Shown in pieces: positions 34,379-47,300 of a DNA stretch of 64,000 nt. Source of the stretch: Azolla caroliniana (taxonomy: Eukaryota; Plantae; Polypodiophyta); the NCBI GenBank assembly GCA_043228905.1, contig JBHGNT010000007.1, positions 12,710,001 through 12,774,000 of the forward strand. Reading direction: 5' to 3'. Positions within the stretch are counted from its first letter, which is position 1, and each line of letters opens with the position of its first letter. The notes beneath the pieces are model-generated. The model was not told where the DNA came from and searched no databases. It saw only the letters and a program-made list of their open reading frames with translations. The position numbers were made by a program, and so were the translations under genes.

Positions 34379-37300
34379 ATGGCAAGTACGAGTACAATGG
34401 ATCCGGTAATGTTGTTTATTGAAAAGTTGAATCAAGATCGATTATTTCATGCCTTACGAGAAGTCCGAGAGAAGATTGGTATGTTTGATGGCACAAATAT
34501 TTCGAAGTATGTGAATATATATTATGATGAAATGGAAATGTCTAGTATAAATGATGTCAATATGATAGCAAACTTTTATAAATTAGTGGAAATGGAATTA
34601 AGAGATAGAATTCGTGAAATACAAGCATTGCATAGTTTGGATTGGAATGCATTCAAAGAAGCACTTATGTCTGAATATGCTCGTGAGGATTTCTCTCGAG
34701 TTACTATGCTTTCATTTCATGAATGGATCTTAAAAGAAGATAAAGGGTTATCTGTGGCTGACACAAAAAAAGAGTTTGATAGGATGTATGGACACTTAAA
34801 GCCAGAAGAAAGAAATTCTTTGTCTTGGCAAAAGGTTGCTTTATTTTTGCAGGTAGTTGACAAGAGATATAGAAAAGAATTGGAATTCATGCTTGAAGTA
34901 CCAAATACTGAGGATGGTATAACTGCAGATTGGAATGAGGTAACAAATTCTTGTAATAAATTTATGAAAAGAATGCAAAGGAATGGTGCAATGCTACAAA
35001 TACCACATGTGGGAATCACACATCGTCTTGAGCAAAACATCGAAGTTCAAAGACTTGTTTGAGAACCATCACACGAAATGGTCCATCAACCACGAGAAAT
35101 GATCGAAACTAAGAGTGAGTCTTTGCTTGATGATTTAGTTCAAAGTATGAAAGATCTAACAATTAAAGTGGCAAAGCTTGAGAATGGTCAAACTTCGAGG
35201 TCAAGGGAACCATTTCGACCTCGATGCATGTGATGTGATAGTCTCGAACATCGATTACGTGATTGTGCGGAATATAAAGACATGGAAAATCGAGACTTGG
35301 TGTATTGGAAAAATGGTAACTAGAAGTCCACTTACAAAGAACTTTGGTGATGGTGGTGTTAAGGTTAAATTTGAAGAAGCTGAAGCAAAGAAGGCTTCTG
35401 CAATGTACTACTTGGCAGCGGTAGGAATGCGGCTTGATGACATGCCATCCCGATCATCATTCTGGGAGAAGGTTGTAAGTACCGCACAAAAGCAAAAGAT
35501 GAAGATGGAAGACCTTCGTGTTGCCGGAAATTCTGTAAGGAAAAACACTGGATGGGATGTTCCAGTAGATGCTATGACGGTCTATGCTCAGATGGCAGAA
35601 CACCAAGAGCATGAGGTTATAGTGGAAGAAAAAAGGAAAAGGCCAGATGATGAGATTGGCTCAACAAAAAAGCATGAGACAAGAGACAGCAAAAGAAAAG
35701 AGATGGACGCAAAGGTCGAAAAAGGTAAATCTGGTCCTTCATTCAAATTAATGTCTGATATTGAAAAGGATACAAATTTAAAGAAAGTTTTAGAAACAAG
35801 AATACTAGACAGTCGAGTAGAATTTACACTAAGAGAAGTGTTAGGTATTGCAAAAAAGGAATTTCATGATGAAATAATTGATATTGTGCGAAGAAAGAAG
35901 CAAGTAAATGAGCAGGTTAAAGAGACAAATCCGAATGTGGCATATGAAGTGGTGAGCAACGAGTCAAACAATATCGTTGTTGACCCTCAACATGCATCAA
36001 CCTCAATGATAAATTCAACAGATGTAAGAAGCCATTACTCTCGCAAATATTGGGCAAGAGCCACTACTGAGCATCATGTGAAGATTGGAAATGTTCTAGA
36101 CCCCGTGATGGCACTTATTGATCATGGTTCTGAAATAAATATAATGAGTGCTGATTTTTACAGGAAAGGTAGATGGCCAATTGATACTCAACATGGTTGG
36201 CAAGTAAAAGCTGCCACATCAGTCATGGAAGATTTATTTGGTGCATGCCCAAATATAAAGGTTACTATTGGTGATATAGAGGTAGATCAACATTTCTTTG
36301 TGCAGGAAGGATCTACCTATCCAATAATCCTGGGGCAACCATACATTACAGCAGTACGAATGGAGACCAAAGTCCTCAACAATGGTTCTGCCTATGCAAA
36401 AATCCGTAGCCAAGATGGACGACGAACTGTACAATTTATGACAGTTCGCCCAAATCATGAGAGGAACACACAAGAGCTTCGTGATCATTCAATACCAAAA
36501 GACTGTGATGATTTTGATAATCAGGTTTTTGACTAGGACTGTTGCGAGTGAGGGTTGCAATAGTCCCATTATTAAAAGACCCTCATATAGGGCATTACAA
36601 CATATGAATAAGTCATTTCATGTTTCTGAAAGTGGTGCTATATGTGTGACTAGGATGTATGAATGCAAGATGAACTTGAAAAAGAATGCTAATTTGTTTC
36701 AGTAGGCATTGAAGGATAATGGAGTACTTGAAATGGAAGAGCAGATTGAAAGTGTTATGGACGAAATTTCTTTTGCAAATACTTTAGAAGAGTTAGAAAT
36801 GTATTTGAAAGAAGATGATGAGAATGTTAGAAAGATACATGTAAACTCAATTGATATGTATTATGAGATTGATAGGTATAATTGTAAATATGAAGAAGTA
36901 GAAAGTTTATGTAATACAAAATACAAAACAATAGATAAAAAGGTCAAACCTGTTGCAATACCATTACCTATTGGTAGTGAAGAGAAGATGGAGGCAGCAG
37001 CAACCGAGCCTATGCTTCGACCAATAGAGAAGATCAGACATCACTTCACTTCGGAGACAATAAATAACTTGAGAATCGGAAAGGGTGAATTTCTTCTGCA
37101 ATCAGAGATCGCGACATTCAAAGAAATGATCTTTAGGCATGGGAAAGCGTTCGCATTCAAAGCTGAGGAGATTGGTTGTGTAAATCCAAAGGTGGTGACG
37201 CCAATGGTAATATTTACTATCCCTCATATTCCTTGGAATTTTAAACCTATTGCAGTACCGAGAGCTCGATTACCTCAATTGTTGGAGCTACTGAAGGATA

Positions 37301-39333
37301 AAGTCAAGATGAAGATTTTAGAGCCTTCAAATGCACCATACTCCAATAGATGGTTCACAGTTCCAAAGAAAGATGGTTCTCTAAGATTCATTCAAGATCT
37401 ACAACCAGTCAACAAAGTCACAATCCGAAATGCGGGAATCGGACCGATCGTTGATGAATTTGTGGAAGCATTACTGAAAGCACCAGTTCTTCGTCAACCA
37501 GACTACAAAGGTGAAAGACCAATTATAGTAACAGTTGATACTAGCCCAATCGGGATCGATTGGGTTATCAACCAAGAAGATGAAGACCAACATCAATATG
37601 CTATCAGATTTGGAGCAAAGATATTAAATGAAAGACAAAGAAACTATGCACAAGTTAAACGAGAATTGTGGGGCTTGCTTACTGCATTAAAAACAGATAG
37701 AGATTACTTGATCGGAGCAGATGTAGTGGTTGAAACAGATTGTTTGCCACTCATTGGAATGATAGCAAGTTGCACCACACCGGATATTGCAATGCTTCGG
37801 TGGATTGCATACATTAGAACCATGAACCCAGAATTACGGCATATAAGGGGCAAAGAGAACCCAGTCGCAGATATGTTGTCAAGAGCAAGGTTCATAAATG
37901 AAAGGGTGATGCAAGCTGAAGATAAGAATTGGGCAACTACAAGCCATCAAGTTGCTCATCAAGTATCTATTAAGCCTCATGATGAGTTTAATGTAAGTAT
38001 AATGTTCAAAGATGTGGAGTATGAAGGTCAATGGTTAGATATAGGAAATTTTCTAAATACTCAAGAAGCCAACCCATCATGGTCGAAGAAACAATTAAAT
38101 GAATTTTGAAGACGAGCATTCAAGTTTTTTTTACATGAAGGGCATTTATGGAGGCGTCCAAAAAGACCAACCAAAAATCCTCTTTGAGTTATTTGTAAGG
38201 ATGACATTAAGAGAAAATGAATTAATGAATTCCATGATAGTTTGTGGGTAGGACATAGAGGCATATGGGCGACATTTATGAAGTTGAAAGAAAAGTATTG
38301 GTGGCCACATATGTATAAAGATGTAACGAAATTTGTGGAAACCTGTGAGGTTTGCCAGAGGTATTCAACTATCCGGTATCGAGATGAGCTAAAACCAACA
38401 TATTCATCATCAATGCATTATAAATGGATGGTCGATCTAGTGACAATGCCACTTGGGGAAGGTCAAATGCGATATTTAGTACTAGCAAGAGAAGACCTTA
38501 CAAACCAAGTAGAAGGAAGACCACTACGACAAAAAACAACTAGAGCTGTATGTAAATTTTTGTTAGAAGATGTAATATGTCGTTACGGGTGTATTGGTAA
38601 AATAATTGCAGATAGAGGAGAACTCGACTCTAATGAAGCTAGAGAATTCTTCAGCCGAATAGGGGTCAAATTATCACTTACAACTGTGTATAATCCAAAA
38701 GCTAATGGAAAGATTGAAAGAGGACATAGCCCAATAGTTAAGGCGATCGTGAAAAGTTGTAAAGGTAAAATAAGAGATTGGCCACGCATGCTACCTTATG
38801 CACTATGGGTGGATCGAACAACTCATAGTTTGGTAACAGGATACATGCCAGCTGAATTGATACTTGGCCAAAAGCCCATCATGCCGGTAGAAGAATCAAT
38901 TATATCATGGATATCTATTCCATGGAGAGAAGAGGTGAGCAGAGAAGAATTACTTGCTTTGTGAATTCAACAATTAGAGCGTCGACCTGAAGATATAGAA
39001 ATAGCAGCCCAACGATTGAAGGAGGCTCGACTGAAGAATAAAATTCGTTTTGATAAAACTCATAGAATTCGACCTAAGAAAATAGAAGAAGGAGATTGGG
39101 TGCTCGTGTATGATAACAGTTTAGATAATCAACATAGCATCGTCTGCAAGTTCGTTGAAAGATGGTTTGGGCCTTATATAGTAAGAAAAGTATATGATAA
39201 CTTTACTTATAAGCTTAGTGAATTGGATGGGACACTAATCCTAAACGTGGTAGTTGGAAAGAGGATCAAAGTATTTAAGAAAAGGTTTGAGCTTGAACCT
39301 CCTCCAATAGATCAACATGAAGATGAAAGATAA
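34379..39333 (+). pseudogene. G2 gag-protease / pol with stops, frameshifts and deletion of the RT core
   Basis: ORFs 34379-35062, 35178-36536, 36709-38109, 38242-38964 and 39016-39333. RT jumps from VDEFVEA directly to LLKAPVLRQPDY. Confidence 0.9.
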
Positions 39334-41399
39334 TGGCACATGCCGGAGGATGTGCAGGTCTAGAGGGGGTGGATGTCATGAAGTACGAAAGCTTCACATT
39401 AAAAGTCTACAATCAGATAAATACGTAACTAAAATAACATTTGATAATGTTTTATATATAAAGATAATATTAACAACACATATGATAATATTATATATAT
39501 GTAAAGAAAAATACTATATATATATAGATAGATAAATATATTATATTACACGAACAAGAGAGGACTTAAACCAATAACCCCACCCTATGACTTTCAAATC
39601 TTACCATTTACTCTATACTAATAATATATTTGCTTCATGATATAAAAACGACGTTACATGTTGTAAATTCAATAATGTTTGAGAGACTCGAATCCACAAC
39701 CTCATATACCAAATTCAACACACCTACCATTAGGCTAGGTGCTTTATTTTTAAAATTACATTTTCACGTTTATTCTTATCCCATATATTTTTTTCATACA
39801 TGAAAGCTCAAATGAGCGAGATGCCTATCATGCATCACATGCATTTCATGCACTACATGCATGACTTGTACCCTCCAATGCATCATATGCATGGGGGCAC
39901 CTATTTAAATGGTGAAAGAGAAGATGAAAGGGGAGAGGTATGAGATATCGATCAAATTATGTATTACATAAGAATACCATAAAAATAGAGAAAGAAAGGA
40001 AGAAGTTTAACATAAACGTGGAGCTCTAGCTTGGCGGTCGTGGTGGTCAACTCTCAACAAGAGGGAGGCGGTTCGAGCCTTATCTTCATCAAAATATTGA
40101 AGTGAAGATTGTAGTGGTCTACGATCAAGAAAGAGAATAGCGATTACCTTGCAAGACAAAGTTCGGAGGTTCAATGACGTGCACAATCATTTTGTAACTC
40201 TTTCATGAAAATGATTATAAATTTCATACACTTTCTCATATATTATTTTATATCTTATCTTGTCTTATCTTATATTCCTTAAAAATCCTATTTTGTCATA
40301 TCTTATTGATCTTTATTCACTCCATCTCTACTCTTTCGTCTCTTCTGTCCATAATCCCAGTGATTCCTTCCTCACTTTCACGTTATCCTTTGTGTGCGCA
40401 ACGCTACGCTTCTAGGCAAGCCACGTCATGACAACGTGCCAACAACTAGCTCATTATCCTTTAACAATGCGTGAAAAAGACAAGCAATCATGTTACACAC
40501 TTATCCTGCATATGCATTAAAAGGGTTAGGACATATCTTCCAAAGGTCATCTATCATATGACCATTTTATCATAACAGTGTCCAATCATATTGTCACTCA
40601 TCACATCAGTAATTAGGTGGTCATCATCATACCATATTGATTACATACTGTACGTTTACATATACACACATCCATTACTCCACATAAGTAGGAGATACAA
40701 CAATATAGATTACATACGTGTATAGTTATGGTTGTTGGGTATTCATCAAAGTCAATGTAATTATTGTTTAATGATTGGGTGATGAGCTAAACCCAAAACT
40801 CCCTCTCAAGACATACATACAATTGAAGTGTTCACCTTTCCACCCTCGAACCAGAAAAAAAAACGAGTGAGGGCTCCTGCCTCGAATGAGTTTGGCTCCT
40901 CGAGCTCCCCATAAAGTGAAAATTTGAGAGTGTGCTTTTTTAACATCCATATCGGACGTTGTAGATTGCACGCACACTCAGCTAAGCGACCCACACCATT
41001 TGTGCTCGCAATTCCCTCACTTGCCCTCTTTAATATTTGGTAGTAGTTAGACATGTTGATATCTTTATCTTTATGGTTTCTCCATTCCATTCAAGACCTT
41101 TTCACAATGCATACATGCATACATATGAACATGAAAGCTTCCCAGGGCCCCCCACCCCTTCTAGGGATGTATGGAAAAGCTTCTATTTCTATTATCACTA
41201 ACAAAGCTTGTTTCAAACAATAAGTTACCCTCTAAATCTTTGGTCCTACATCACTTGTGACAAACGAAGGCATCCTCGAATCAGATCTTCTTCCTTTTAG
41301 TACTCGAATTGAGCCTAGCCTTAAAGGACGAGCAACCATGTCTATGTGACTCGAATCCATTCGTCTCATTAAGTTCTGATGATTTTAAATCATCATTAG

Positions 41400-41760
41400 G
41401 TCCCCATATTCTCATGGTTGAAACCATCTAATTAAATGACGAAAGGGCGAAAGTTGAAGCCATGTTGACATAAAGCATATAAATCACTTTTGAGTCACGA
41501 CAAATGTTGGACATGATCATCCTTACACTCTATGTGGATGACTTTGTTCTCATGGGAAATACTAAAAGACAATTTAATTTGAAACTAGAGATCATATGTC
41601 AAAGGGACAAAGTCATATTTGTATCACAATAACAAATATGCCTATTTATTTCTCAAGATGTTCATGTTTTGAAAGTTATTGAAGAGTTGGTGGCAAGATA
41701 GGATGCTTGCTTTTTTGGGGGCGCCTAATGTGTAAGGTTAGATATGGTTTTGATCTTGGC
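41400..41760 (+). mobile_element. Degraded Copia RT remnant
   Basis: ILTLYVDDFVLMG near 41518-41556. The rest is decayed. Confidence 0.45.
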
Positions 41761-41822
41761 CAAAGGACAAAGCTTTTTGGATATTGTGGATTCCCGTTGT
41801 TTGCATATTGGCAATTTGGGAA

Positions 41823-42296
41823 TGTTGAGAATTAAGCTCAACATAGTGCAACGTGTGAACACACCTTTTGAGAATCCATGATTACTCAAAGGTCAAGAGT
41901 CACACCACTACTCTCTACACATTAACTATGTGTCATAGAATCATATTCTATGACACATAACTAATGAGTTACATATTCCCCATTACTATGAGTCTTCACA
42001 TTCCCCAAGAGAGAGAGAGTGGTTGTCGTAAAGTTAATGAAGAGAGAGGGTGACTCTATATAAAGCACCCTCCTCATACTTTATACTAAGTCGGTTGTGA
42101 CTCCTTGTAATGTTACAGTTTTGTATCTCTATTCTACTTGTGAAATATACATCTTCTTCTTCTTGAGTATTCTATTTTCCATTCTATTTATCTATCGTGT
42201 GTTCTCTTCTCTTCTCTATTCTTCTCTCACACATAACACACACACATAACACACATATCTATTCTACTACACAAGAATCATACCCGGTTCTTTACA
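41823..42296 (+). mobile_element. Probable Copia-type solo LTR
   Basis: TGTTGAG...TTTACA termini resemble the Copia B LTR ends. Flanks are GGGAA/AGGAA (4/5 TSD match). CTATATAAAG near 42056. Confidence 0.55.
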
Positions 42297-42399
42297 AGGA
42301 ACATGAATTACAATCTTTGAATCTTGCACATGTTTGTTTCTAATCAATGTCAATATATTTTTCTCAAGCACATGTTTTTATATGTTCGAGAATCAATGC

Positions 42400-43350
42400 A
42401 ACCAAAGTGATACTCGAGGATGGGAAGTGAGATTGATGTTATTCAATGTTATGGTGGTCCAGGTGTTTCTTTATGGAGTGGAAGTATGAGTGGCATTGTC
42501 TCACTTAGTGCATGGGATGAAATAGAGAAAATCCAAAAAATGTTCTTATGTAGACAATTGGGAATAAAATCTTCAACATCCTATCCTATCATGCTATTAT
42601 AAACAAGTCCTCGAACCATAGAGGTATTAGCCACCCAAAGTATATATCAAAAAAGTCAATAATATGCCTGATCATAGACTGCCCAAACAAGCTTGGTGCT
42701 CGACATTATGAAATGGTTTAAGAGATGGGGAGTAAAAGATCCATTGGAGCTCTCAATTGATGTTATGAAGGATGTGATCATTGACGATAGATTACTTGAG
42801 GCATTAAAGATGAAGAGGCAATGTGTTAAATTGTCAAGATTGGAATATTACATAGTAAATATTAACCACCAATATGGCCCCCAATACAAGGGGAAAATGC
42901 AAAACGTATCCAATTGCATCTCACTACCACCATGAACCTTGGTTCTTAGAGAGCCTTAACACAATTCTTTGAACTCACTCACACAAGTTAGGTATTGAGG
43001 TAGCATCATGACATCATCACGCAAACATGAAGATATGCAAGGTATGCAAATGAAAACTTAGTGGAGGATGAATATCACTTATTTATGGCATGCTTAGTCA
43101 GTGTATAAGGTAATTCGTGAGAAATATGATGACTTGTTAGACGAGCATGATAATGTGAGTGACATACTCGATTTCCACCAAGAAGGGTGAGTATATATGT
43201 GCATGCATTATTTTTGACATCGAGGATTTTTACTATAGAGTAGTAATAGTAATTCTCTTCCTAGGAAGGAGTCATATAGAAGATGATATGTTGATTTGGT
43301 CCCATAGGTCAAAACTAACCTCATCATGGACAATAAAATATCTATTCTAA
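42400..43350 (+). mobile_element. Degraded 3' fragment of an RTEX-like LINE
   Basis: LYGVEV..., WDEIEKIQKMFLCRQLGIKSSTS..IMLL and VEDEYHLFMAC...IREKY resemble the ORF2 C-terminus of the LINE at 14756-16000. Confidence 0.6.
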
Positions 43351-44126
43351 TCTAGTCTTCATAGACAAACATTGCCATTCCTTGTCGTATAATGCTCGAG
43401 CATCCATAAGTGTCCAAGAATATAGTTATGGAGGATCATTTTCTCCAACTTGAAAAGTTCATGAAAAACTTTCTCATCATTTGCGCGGTGCCTAGGCCCA
43501 CACAAGTTAGTTAGTTGCATATTGTCATTACCTCAATTCTTCGCTTAAGACTCCTATGTTCCGAGTCGGGAATTGTTTGTGGTGTTGTGACGTAATGTGA
43601 AGGTTAGTCAACCATGGGACAAACCCAAATTCTCAATGTCTAGTTGGTCCATTTGTGATCATCCCCCATAGCAATGATCCCCACTTGTGTATGCATATAC
43701 ATTCTATGTTCCATATCTCATTATTGGATCCATGAGCTTCTATTTATAGTCTAGATCGGGTTTAAGGTTCAATAGCAAGAAAAGAAGGAAATTTGAGGGC
43801 GACAATTTTTTTGTTGTTTTTTTTTTTCCTTTGAAAAGTCATCGTTAACCAAAGGGTTATCCGAACCAAGCATGGTCCATCACAACAATCTTCTATGTAA
43901 CATGGAGCCAAGAGAATAAAAAGAGAGAACACGTGAAAATCAATGGATTGAATAGCTGTCATGGAGAAGAAGATACGGTGAGATTGGCGGGGGACGTTTT
44001 TTTTTATATTTTGGATCGGAAAGGGTTTTTGCTTGACCATGATTGACCCCTCGTCCTTATCTTTTGTGGTCATGACTCATGCCTGCCGTGATGGAGATGC
44101 CACAAGTGTCAAGGTGTGGAACGTAA

Positions 44127-44157
<31 letters not shown>

Positions 44158-44270
44158 TGTATGAATGGCAATATCTTGACTGGTCATGGCGGCGAGGATA
44201 AAATGGATGGGTATGGATTTAAAGAAATCGGGAATATATTGATGTATAACACGATACTTACCTGCGTATC

Positions 44271-44307
<37 letters not shown>

Positions 44308-44332
44308 ATCTATCTATTGGCAGTGACTAGAT

Positions 44333-47300
44333 ATGGCAACTAATTCTATGATTATTAAGGGCGAATTGGAGATACTAAATGAGGGCTTTTTTAATACCCT
44401 CAGTAATTTTTTGCGAGGACCCAAGATTGATTTCCAGCTCGTCAGTGTTAAGCTAGATCCAGGTCAAGAATTAAATCCACTTCTTTTGTTAAGTTTTTGT
44501 GTCCTCTGTTTTCTTACTTTGTATCGGGTTTTGGGGTTTTCCTTTTTAATCGTAACTTTTTAAGTTTTGGGGTCATTTACTTGGGATTTTTGTTTTGAAA
44601 TTCGAGTTTCCTTTTTCTTTTAAGCGAGGATTTCCAGTTCTTAATATTAATTTGGGTTTCCATTTTCTCACCTATTTTATTTCAAATTTACAGAAACCCT
44701 AACAGGAAAGAAGAGTAAAGTGCAGAGGCTAGAGCTTGGAATTGCTAGTTTATTCAATACGAACACCCCATCTGATAAGGAGAAACAGAAGAATTGTAGA
44801 TATTTTCCTTTGCTTTTTAATGTGCCTGAGGACTTTGGTAGGCCCGAGGCCATTCTAGTGGAGAGTGAGGTCCCTCGTGAGTTCTTCTTACGGTCCATTA
44901 CACTTGACGTGCTGCTCGAAAAAGAAAATACTGATGTAGATCATGTCATTTTCCCTACCAAGTCTTGGATCAATCCATCCGCACTTTACCCAGGACCTCG
45001 CATATTCTTCTCTGACAAGGTATGATTTATGGATTTTATCTATCCAATTCTCACGTTCTCTAATCATGTACTGTAAATTCAAATGTATATGTGTACATCT
45101 GATAATTAAAATCAATCAATTTGAATGTCATATTATATTATTTAAGGAGTAGACAAGAAGTCTACACGTTTTCATGCTTTCATCAATCAAGGAATGATCA
45201 CTTAGGATTAGTTAAATAGAATAGTAATTAGATGTTCCATGTTCACAAATTTTGGTAATTAACATCAAATGGTTCTAATGCCAGGTTGTACTTCTAGCTA
45301 AACTTGCATCCATGACGAGTAGTTTTTGATATTTTTGTCCACTCTTTTTCATTTTTCTTGTCTAATAGCCCTTGTTTTGGGGTTGGGGTTGGGTAGAGGT
45401 GGTCTGCTAGCTATTTTCTACATCATTATTTCAGAAACTTGTCTTTGGAGTGACAAGAAACATTTGCCTTCCCCTTTGTAATCTGCACATGGAATCTGGT
45501 ACTAATGAACATTATAGGAAAACATGAGGGAAGTGGACTTCTCAATGGGTTAAGTTTCTAAAACTTCTGATCAATCTTCTACTTGGGTGATTAAACTCAC
45601 TGAAATGTTTACTGAAAACTTCTTAATCATGGTGTGTGCATTAATGCCAATGCAGGTGTATTTGCCATTTGAAACTCCTGAAGGACTGAAGCGTTTAAGG
45701 AAACAAGAACTTCAGTATTTGAGAGGGGATGGTAGCGGGGAAAGGCAGAAAGGCGAGAGGATTTATGATTACGATTATTACAACAACTTAGGAAACCCAG
45801 ATAAGGATGCATCCCTTGCTAGGCCTGTGCTTGGAGGTTCTCCTCATTTGCCTTACCCTCGAAGATGTCGAACGGGTGGCAAACACACTAAGGCTGGTAT
45901 TTCATTATCCTTGTTTGGTTGACTAATTATTGCAATTCTTTTTATAAAATACCACGTGATAAACTACTGAATTCATAGAAACACCCAGAGTATCCAAAAT
46001 CTTCTTGATTCTGTTTTCTTCAAAAGATGCTAATCTGACTACATTTGTATTTTAAATTGGAAATGAATGGCCTTAGATCCTGAATCGGAGGCGCCTTCTT
46101 CGTCACCTTATATACCAAGAGATGAAATATTTAGCTCTCAAAAGAACAGTGATATCATTAAAGTGGGGATACAAACTGCAGCCCATGAAGCCCAAACCCT
46201 CTTGAGTGGAAATAAGCACTTCAAATCCTTTGAGGAGGTAGAGAAATTATATGCAGGGAAATTGGACCCTAGTTTGTCTTCAAAATATGCCCTTGGGGAT
46301 GCCAGCCTTCTTAAATTCCCACCCCCAACGGTTGTCCAAGGTTTGAGCATTCCCTAATTTCATAAATTAATTACTAAACAGTGGCATGTCATGCAATATT
46401 TCGTATAATATTGTGTGTATCATTGGAAGTTCAAGACCTGCACATTTCTTTTGATAAAATTGAGTGAGAAATGACATTCTCTTTTGGATGGCAGCAAACA
46501 AGAAAGCATGGATGATTGATGAAGAATTTGCACGCCAACGGCTTGCTGGAATGAACCCAATGAAGATCCAAAGGCTAAAGGTGTGGGGTTTTAGGATGAT
46601 TGAGATAGTTAATGGATCTATCCAAATATGGGCAAAGTCTTAGACATTTGTCCACTCTTTGACCGGATAGAATTACATTTGGTTCGAGCTACTTTAGGGG
46701 AGATTGACAAGTTTGCAATGTTGTATAATGTATTCTGTCTATTTCCAAACAGACATTCCCACCACATAGTACTTTGGACTCCAATCTATATGGGCATGAA
46801 GAGTGCGGCATTACAGAAGCCCATCTTGAAGGACATTTGGAGGGTCTTTCTATTGAAGAGGTAAGAGAATTTCAAAAGAACAAATGATCATACTTACGGT
46901 CAACGATAAAACATTGAAGGATGTGAGCAGGCATACTTTGTTTTTTTACTTTGTATTCATGCAGGCTCTTCATGAGAAGAGGCTATATATTCTTGACTAC
47001 CATGATTCTTTCATTACACCATATGTAGCAAGGATCAACGAAAGTGAAGGAAAGGTGTATGCTTCAAGGAGCCTCTTCTTCTTGACAAAGGCAGGTTTGT
47101 TGCTACCAATTTCCATTGAGCTCATCTTACCTCCCAAGGAGAGGAACACTGGGGAAACTCCATTAAGATGGAGAAGTAGGGTGTTTACTCCACCCCCAGA
47201 TGGTAAGGTTGATTGGCTGTGGCAACTTGCTAAGGCACATGTGGCAGTAGTTGATGCTTCACATCAACATCTTTGTAGTCACTGGTAAGATTGAAATCTT

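Larger units (their letters stand above)
29662..40433 (+). mobile_element. Ty3/Gypsy element 'G2' with both LTRs (5' LTR 29662-34311 interrupted by a nested element; 3' LTR 39374-40433)
   Basis: Near-identical LTRs, TSD ACGT (29658-29661 / 40434-40437), PBS 34317-34334, PPT AGAGGGGGTGGA, and gag, protease, partial RT, RNase H and integrase (HHCC, D-D-E, WFGPY). No chromodomain. Confidence 0.95.
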
